Source: an uncultured bacterium
Lineage (GTDB): Bacteria; Krumholzibacteriota; Krumholzibacteriia; LZORAL124-64-63
DNA: 64,000 nt
Reading direction: 5' to 3'
Assembly (NCBI GenBank): GCA_963727525.1
Contig: CAVSGO010000007.1
Span: forward strand, 672,001 to 736,000
Shown here: positions 56,851 through 64,000 of the stretch, piece after piece
Numbering within the stretch: the stretch's first letter is position 1
Layout: each line of letters starts with the position of its first letter
Notes under the pieces: generated by a model
Seen by the model: only the letters and a program-made list of their open reading frames with translations
Told to the model about the DNA's origin: nothing
Databases searched by the model: none
Made by a program: the position numbers and the translations under genes

Positions 56851-58179
56851 GTGGACATCCTCGACATCATCGAGACCAAGAAGCGGGGCCGCCCGCTGAC
56901 GCCCGCGCAGCTCGACTTCCTCGTCGACGGCTTCACGGCCGACCGCGTTCCGCGCTACCAGATGGCGGCATTCCTCATGGCCGTCTACTTCCGCGGCCTC
57001 GACGCGCACGAGACCGCCGCGCTCACCGACGCCATGCTCCGCTCGGGCGAACAGCTCGATGTCTCCGACCTGGGCGGCCCCACGGCCGACAAGCATTCCA
57101 CCGGCGGCGTGGGCGACAAGGTGAGCCTGCTGCTCGCGCCTCTCGCGGCGGCCTGCGGGCTGCGCGTGCCGATGCTCTCCGGGCGGGGCCTCGGGCACAC
57201 AGGCGGTACGCTCGACAAGCTCGAGGCGATTCCCGGCTACCGGATCCATCTGCCCACGCACGCGTTCCTCGACGTGGTCCGTGACGTCGGCTGTGCCATC
57301 GTCGGCCAGAGTGGCAGCATCGCACCTGCCGATGGCAAGATCTACGCGCTGCGCGACGTCACCGGCACCGTCGACTGCGTGCCGCTCATCACGGCGTCGA
57401 TCATGTCCAAGAAGCTGGCCGCCGGTCCCGAGACGATCGTCATCGATCTGAAGACCGGCAGCGGCGCGTTCATGACCGACCTTGTCCGGGCCCGCGAACT
57501 GGCCCACGCCCTCGTCGCCGTGGGGCGGGCCTACGGGCGACGCCTGGCCGTCCTCTTCACGGACATGGCCCAGCCCCTCGGCGTGGCGATCGGCCACGCG
57601 AGCGAGGCGCGGGAGGCCTTCCAGGCTCTGCGGCCCGGCGGGCGCGCTGGCGCGCCGCCCGATCTGGTCGATCTCACGGAACAGCTCGTCGCCACGATGG
57701 TGCATGTTGCGGGTCTCGATCCGACGGCTGCAGCGGCGCTCGCGCGCGTGCGCAAGGCGTGGACGGGTGGCGACGCCTGGACGCGCCTGCAGGCCTGGAT
57801 CGCGGCGCAGGGTGGGCATCTCGACTGGGACGCCGACGACCTCGGCCTCGCTGTCGCGCCAGTGGCCCGGAACGTCGAGGCGACCGGCGACGGCTGGCTC
57901 GAGGTGCTGGATTGCCGCGAACTCGGACTCGCGCTGGCCGACCTCGGCGGCGCACGGCGTCGGGTGGAGGATCCGGTCGATCCGCAGGTTGGGCTCGACT
58001 GGCTGGCGCGCAACGGCGCACGGGTGGAGGCGGGGCAGCCCCTCGTGGCCATCCGTACGGCCGACCGCGCGCGCGCCGATTGCGCAGCCGCGCGCGTGCG
58101 CGCGGCACTGGTGGTGCGCGACGCGCCGTGGGAGGCGCCACCACTCGTCCAGGGGAGGCTGCCGGGCGATTCCCCCTAG
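56851..58179 (+). CDS. pdp: Pyrimidine-nucleoside/thymidine phosphorylase
   Basis: DKHSTGGVGDK, SGRGLGHTGGTLDKLE, SIMSKKLA, KTGSGAFM. Confidence 0.94.
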   Translation: MDILDIIETKKRGRPLTPAQLDFLVDGFTADRVPRYQMAAFLMAVYFRGLDAHETAALTDAMLRSGEQLDVSDLGGPTADKHSTGGVGDKVSLLLAPLAAACGLRVPMLSGRGLGHTGGTLDKLEAIPGYRIHLPTHAFLDVVRDVGCAIVGQSGSIAPADGKIYALRDVTGTVDCVPLITASIMSKKLAAGPETIVIDLKTGSGAFMTDLVRARELAHALVAVGRAYGRRLAVLFTDMAQPLGVAIGHASEAREAFQALRPGGRAGAPPDLVDLTEQLVATMVHVAGLDPTAAAALARVRKAWTGGDAWTRLQAWIAAQGGHLDWDADDLGLAVAPVARNVEATGDGWLEVLDCRELGLALADLGGARRRVEDPVDPQVGLDWLARNGARVEAGQPLVAIRTADRARADCAAARVRAALVVRDAPWEAPPLVQGRLPGDSP

Positions 58180-60293
58180 AAGCCGCCGTCGCCGCGCTTG
58201 TCGAGGGTCTCGAATCCCTGCGCCTGTCCCGACAGGTCGTGGATGCCGCCGCCGTGCAGGTCGCAGACCTTCTGCGGGTAGTTGTCCGGCAGGAAGATCT
58301 CGACGGCCGTGGAATCGCATCCGGGGGCGGCCAGCAGGCCCGACTGTAGACACACCGTCTTCTCGACGATCGTTGGCGGTCGCGTGAACGCCTCGTCGCC
58401 ATGCTCGTCGGCAATCTTGCCCATGGTGCTGGCCCAGATCGGCAGCGCCATGTGAGCGCCCGTCGCCTTGCGGCCCATCGGGATGGCGTCGTCGAAGCCC
58501 ACCCAGACTCCGCCGCAGAAGCTCGGCGTGAAACCGCAGAACCACGCGTTGGTGCTTTCGTTGGTGGTCCCGGTCTTGCCGGCGCCAGTCTTGGTGAACC
58601 CGCGCCAGCGCGCGCTCTTGCCGGTACCCTCCCTGAGCGTGGTCTCCAGGAGGTTCACGATGATGTACGCCTCGGCGGGATCGAGAACCTCGCGCTGCGC
58701 GATGTGCGTCTGCTCGAGGATCTCGCCGTCCACGGACTCCACGCGGTTGATCAGGTGCTGCTGCACCTGCACGCCGTGGTTGGCGAAGGTGGAGTACGCG
58801 CCCACGATCTCGCGCAGCGACAAGTCGGCGGCCCCGAGAAACACGGCCGGTACCGCCGGCATGGGCGATGTGATGCCGAGCCGACGCACGTTGTCGATCA
58901 CCGGCTGCAGGCCGAAATCGAGGTAGAGTTTCGCGGTGGGCGTGTTGATTGAACGGCTGAGCGCATAGCGCAGCGTCACCGGTCCTTCGAAGCGGCCGCT
59001 GAAGTTCTTCGGGCGCCACAGGCTCACACCGGTGTCGAGCACGAAGGGCGTGTCGAGCAGGATGCTTGCCGGCGTGTAGCCGTGCTCGAGCGCCGTGAGG
59101 TAGACGAATGGCTTGAAGAGCGAGCCCGGCTGCCGTACGGCCTGCCACGCGTTGTTCCACTTCGAGTCCGCGAACGAGCGGCCGCCCATCATCGCGAGGA
59201 TCGCGCCCGTGCGCACGTCCTCGATCAACGCGCCGCACTGCAGGTAGTCCACCCGCTCGGGGCGCTCGCCGATCGTGCTGAGGCTGTCATAGCGCGCCTT
59301 CGTTTCGGGGTAGTCGAACTCGGCTTCCAGCTTGGTGAGGTGCGTGTCGGCTGCGTCCTCCAGCCAGTGCTGGTAGTGCGGCACGAGCGTTGTCCAGACG
59401 CGCAGGCCCTCGTTGTAGAGCTTTTCGGCGCCATAGCGCTGCTCGAGTTCCTTGCGCACCTCCTCGACGTAGTAGGTCGCGAACCCGGCATCCTCGTGAT
59501 CAGCACCGGGATCGGCCACGACGACCTGCGTGGTACCGATCGTCTCGGCCTCGGCGTGCGTCAAGTAGCCCGCACCGACCATCGTGTGCAGCACCGTCGC
59601 GCGGCGCTTGTACGCGAGGTCGAGATGGGTGAAGGGGGAGTACGCGTTCGGGCGCTGGATCATGCCGGCCAGCATGGTCGTCTCGGCCGGCCCGAGCGCC
59701 CAGACGTCCTTGGCGAAGTACTGCCGCGCCGCGGCCTGCATCCCGTAGGTGCCGCGCCCCATATAGATCTGGTTGAGGTACATCGCGAGGATCTCGTCCT
59801 TGGTGTAGATCTGCTCGATCTGCACCGCGAGGATCCACTCCTTCATCTTGCGCACGACGGTCTTGTCGAAGGTCAGGAAGAGGTTGCGCGCGAGCTGCTG
59901 CGTCAGCGTGCTCGCGCCCGGCCGCGCCGACGTCGTGAGGTTGTCCCACACCACGCGCAGCAGACGCCGCGGATCGATGCCGTAGTGCTCGTAGAACCGG
60001 CGGTCTTCCACCGAGATCACGGCTTGCTGCAGCGAAGTCGGGATCCTCTCCAGCGGGACGAGCGTACGGTTCTGGGTATAGAACTCTCTCAGCGTATCGC
60101 CGTCGGCGGCGAAGAGGACCGTCTTCACCGCCGGCTGGATGTCCTGCAGGCGGCTGAGCGACGGCAGATCGCGGGAGAGCCGGCTGATCACGGCGAGCGA
60201 GATGGCCAGGGCGCCCAGGAAGCCCAGGAAGCACAGGACGAGCATCCGGACGATCCAGCGCCGCGGAATGATCAGGTTCAGGACGTTGCGCAT
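58176..60293 (-). CDS. Class A penicillin-binding protein (PBP1A family)
   Basis: EDRRFYEHYG, GASTLTQQLARN, RKMKE, YLNQIY; SLFK, SIN, KTG. Confidence 0.95.
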   Translation of the reverse strand: MRNVLNLIIPRRWIVRMLVLCFLGFLGALAISLAVISRLSRDLPSLSRLQDIQPAVKTVLFAADGDTLREFYTQNRTLVPLERIPTSLQQAVISVEDRRFYEHYGIDPRRLLRVVWDNLTTSARPGASTLTQQLARNLFLTFDKTVVRKMKEWILAVQIEQIYTKDEILAMYLNQIYMGRGTYGMQAAARQYFAKDVWALGPAETTMLAGMIQRPNAYSPFTHLDLAYKRRATVLHTMVGAGYLTHAEAETIGTTQVVVADPGADHEDAGFATYYVEEVRKELEQRYGAEKLYNEGLRVWTTLVPHYQHWLEDAADTHLTKLEAEFDYPETKARYDSLSTIGERPERVDYLQCGALIEDVRTGAILAMMGGRSFADSKWNNAWQAVRQPGSLFKPFVYLTALEHGYTPASILLDTPFVLDTGVSLWRPKNFSGRFEGPVTLRYALSRSINTPTAKLYLDFGLQPVIDNVRRLGITSPMPAVPAVFLGAADLSLREIVGAYSTFANHGVQVQQHLINRVESVDGEILEQTHIAQREVLDPAEAYIIVNLLETTLREGTGKSARWRGFTKTGAGKTGTTNESTNAWFCGFTPSFCGGVWVGFDDAIPMGRKATGAHMALPIWASTMGKIADEHGDEAFTRPPTIVEKTVCLQSGLLAAPGCDSTAVEIFLPDNYPQKVCDLHGGGIHDLSGQAQGFETLDKRGDGGF

Positions 60294-60430
60294 GGCGCTC
60301 CTCGCCGAAATGGCCGTCCTGGGGGTGGGATCGGCCTGATCCAGGCCTCGAATGTAGGCTACCGGAGTACCCCGGTAAAGGGCCGACGGTTCCGGGGGCG
60401 AAAAAAAAACCAAGAATTGGATAATTGCGT

Positions 60431-60459
60431 TTGACACTGGCGTATAACCGGCTTACATT
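60431..60459 (+). promoter_or_regulatory. rrn promoter P1
   Basis: TTGACA-17 bp-TACATT, upstream A-tract, GC-rich discriminator. Confidence 0.8.
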
Positions 60460-60563
60460 GCCGCGCCGTTGCCGCAGTTGCGGGGCCCGGAACCGCCGGC
60501 GGCACGCGGCCTCTCGACCGGAAGGGACAGAGGCCGAGGGCCTAAAAAAAATGCAACCTCAGG

Positions 60564-60592
60564 TTGACAGATCTTTAGGCCTCGCTTAGATT
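60564..60592 (+). promoter_or_regulatory. rrn promoter P2
   Basis: TTGACA-17 bp-TAGATT preceded by an A8 tract. Confidence 0.8.
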
Positions 60593-60643
60593 GACAGGCC
60601 CTGCCCGAAATGGCGGGGACCAGCCGGCAGGACCGCCTGGTCA

Positions 60644-60656
60644 GCTCTTTGACAAC
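60644..60656 (+). promoter_or_regulatory. rrn leader boxA antitermination site
   Basis: GCTCTTTGACAAC, repeated identically in the ITS. Confidence 0.85.
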
Positions 60657-60780
60657 AGAATAGCGTGCGAAGGCCCGTGAAAATGTCCGATGACCGTCGG
60701 CAAAGGCCAGCTTCGGCTGTCTGCGTCGACGAGTCTTGCGAACAACGCAGGAGCCAAGCGCTTCTGTTGCTCATTTTTTG

Positions 60781-62345
<1,565 letters not shown>

Positions 62346-62457
62346 AGACAGGGCGATGCGGCCTAGCCGCAACGTCCATGGTAGAACGGACATTGAGCGA
62401 CCTCGCACGCTATTCTCTTGCCAAAAGGCGGACCTTTCGGTCTCGCCGACTGGTAAC

Positions 62458-62534
<77 letters not shown>

Positions 62535-62551
62535 GGTTCAGGCTCGCACTC

Positions 62552-62627
62552 GGGGATATAGCTCAGTTGGGAGAGCGCCGGCTTTGCAAGCCGGAGGTCG
62601 TCGGTTCGATCCCGACTATCTCCACCA
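62552..62627 (+). tRNA. tRNA-Ala (anticodon TGC)
   Basis: GGGGATATAGCTCAG...TTTGCAAG...GTTCGATCC...TCTCCACCA. Confidence 0.98.
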
Positions 62628-62648
62628 CTGACGGGCATAGGCTTGATA

Positions 62649-62661
62649 GCTCTTTGACAAC
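62649..62661 (+). promoter_or_regulatory. ITS boxA
   Basis: GCTCTTTGACAAC. Confidence 0.85.
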
Positions 62662-62713
62662 CAAATATAGAGGGTAGCAAGATCGTCGAGGAGAGGAAAT
62701 TCTTCTCACCTTT

Positions 62714-64000
62714 GATTAAGCTACTAAGGGCATTTGGTGGATGCCTTGGCGCCGTGCAGCGATGAAGGACGTGGTTAGCTGCGATAAGCCTCGGGGAGCG
62801 GCAAACACGCGTTGATCCGGGGATTTCCGAATGGGGAAACCCACTGTGGGCAAACCTACAGTATCCCTTTGCTGAACACATAGGCTTAGGGAAGCGAACG
62901 GGGTGAATTGAAACATCTCAGTAACCCCAGGAAAAGAAAACAATAGTGATTTCCCAAGTAGCGGCGAGCGAACGGGAAAGAGCCTAAACCGTTGACGTGT
63001 TAAAGCCGACGGGCGTTGCGTCAGCGGGGTTGCGGGATCCAGCAGGAGAAACCGTCGTTTCTCCAGAGAGTTACCAAGCCCATATCTAGTCGAACGGTCT
63101 GGAAAGTCCGGCCATAGCAGGTGACAGCCCTGTAGGCGAAAGGTATGGGTCTCTCGGTGGACATCCCAAGTACCGCGGGACACGAGAAATCTTGCGGGAA
63201 TCTAGCAGGACCATCTGCTAAGGCTAAATATGCCACGGCGACCGATAGTGAACCAGTACCGTGAGGGAAAGGTGAAAAGCACCCCTGGCGGGGAGTGAAA
63301 TAGTACCTGAAACCAAATGCCTACAAGCGGTCGGAGGGCCTTCGGGCCTGACGGCGTGCCTTTTGCATAATGAGCCGGTGAGTTATCGTGTGCGGCAAGG
63401 TTAAGTGTCTCTGGCACGGAGCCGAAGCGAAAGCGAGTCTTAATAGGGCGCACAGTTGCATGCGGTAGACCCGAAGCCGAGTGATCTAGCCATGACCAGG
63501 AGGAAGCGCGAGTAACATCGCGTGGAAGTCCGAACCAGGGTAGGTTGAAAACTGCTTGGATGAGTTGTGGCTAGGGGTGAAAGGCCAATCAAACTCGGAG
63601 ATAGCTGGTTCTCCCCGAAATAGTTTTAGGACTAGCCTCGCGTTAGTTTGCCGGAGGTAGAGCACTGAATGGGTTAGGGGCCCTAAAAGGTTTACCGACC
63701 CCAATCAAACTCCGAATGCCGGTTAAATGATGCGCGGGAGTCAGGCCGCGGGTGATAAGATCCACGGCCGAGAGGGTAAGAGCCCAGACCCTCAGCTAAG
63801 GCCCCTAAATCCAGACTAAGTGGTGGAAGGAAGTTGGATTGCCCAGACAGCTAGGAGGTTGGCTTAGAAGCAGCCATCCTTTAAAGAAAGCGTAATAGCT
63901 CACTAGTTAAGTGGTCCAGCGCCGAAAATAATCGGGACTCAAGTCTGGTGCCGAAGCTAGGGATCCGCATTGCGGATGGTAGGGGAGCATTCCGTAGGTG
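62714..64000 (+). rRNA. rrl: 23S rRNA (5' part, truncated by the window end)
   Basis: GGTGGATGCCTTGG, CCGAATGGGGAAACC, AGTACCGTGAGGGAAAGG, GTTGGCTTAGAAGCAGCC; start approximate. Confidence 0.98.

Noticed and set aside
58176-58179. pdp and PBP1A stop codons share the palindrome CTAG
   Set aside because: A common 4-bp convergent overlap with no evidence of function.
55222-58179. deoB-cdd-pdp lacking deoC as a novel pathway
   Set aside because: An ordinary nucleoside salvage cluster; deoC is often encoded elsewhere.
62714-64000. Intervening sequence in the 23S rRNA
   Set aside because: The helix 9 and helix 25 regions look normal or short; no insertion is evident.

Overview
This is a 64-kb, GC-rich chromosomal segment of a diderm bacterium. 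A PorV/PorQ-like barrel, a T9SS-style C-terminal sorting domain and two GWxTD-type proteins suggest the FCB superphylum, possibly a Latescibacterota/Krumholzibacteriota-like lineage; this is inference and the full 16S gene here can test it. Most of the window is housekeeping. From left to right: an envelope cluster (CTD-bearing protein, PorV-like barrel, GWxTD-like protein, exbB-exbD-exbD-tonB, tolC, a lone MacB/LolD-type ATPase, GWxTD-like lipoprotein, rhomboid); aspartokinase; radC-mreBCD-mrdA-rodA-lgt-comF; pgk-secG-tRNA-Leu; a KKATK-repeat histone H1-like protein; a beta-barrel; an EF-G paralog with altered GTPase motifs; yebC-ruvCAB-queA-tgt-yajC-def-fmt-rsmB-PASTA-rpe; an SDR; ffh-rpsP-khpA-rimM-trmD-rplS-rnhB-yraN; a 2131-aa orphan; tnaA; two hypotheticals; pfkA, rarA, deoB-cdd-pdp, PBP1A; and the start of an rrn operon (16S, tRNA-Ile, tRNA-Ala, partial 23S). 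I saw no integrase, transposase or CRISPR array. The best novelty candidates are (1) the giant protein, which reads by eye as TPR + DinG-like + RecQ-like + Zn-ribbon + UvrD-like modules, all with eroded catalytic motifs; (2) the CTD/PorV/GWxTD/TonB-ExbBD/TolC cluster as a possible non-canonical secretion or surface-assembly system; (3) the probably GTPase-impaired EF-G paralog; and (4) an exact 12-bp motif upstream of two unrelated promoters. All family calls are by-eye motif recognition; no searches were run.
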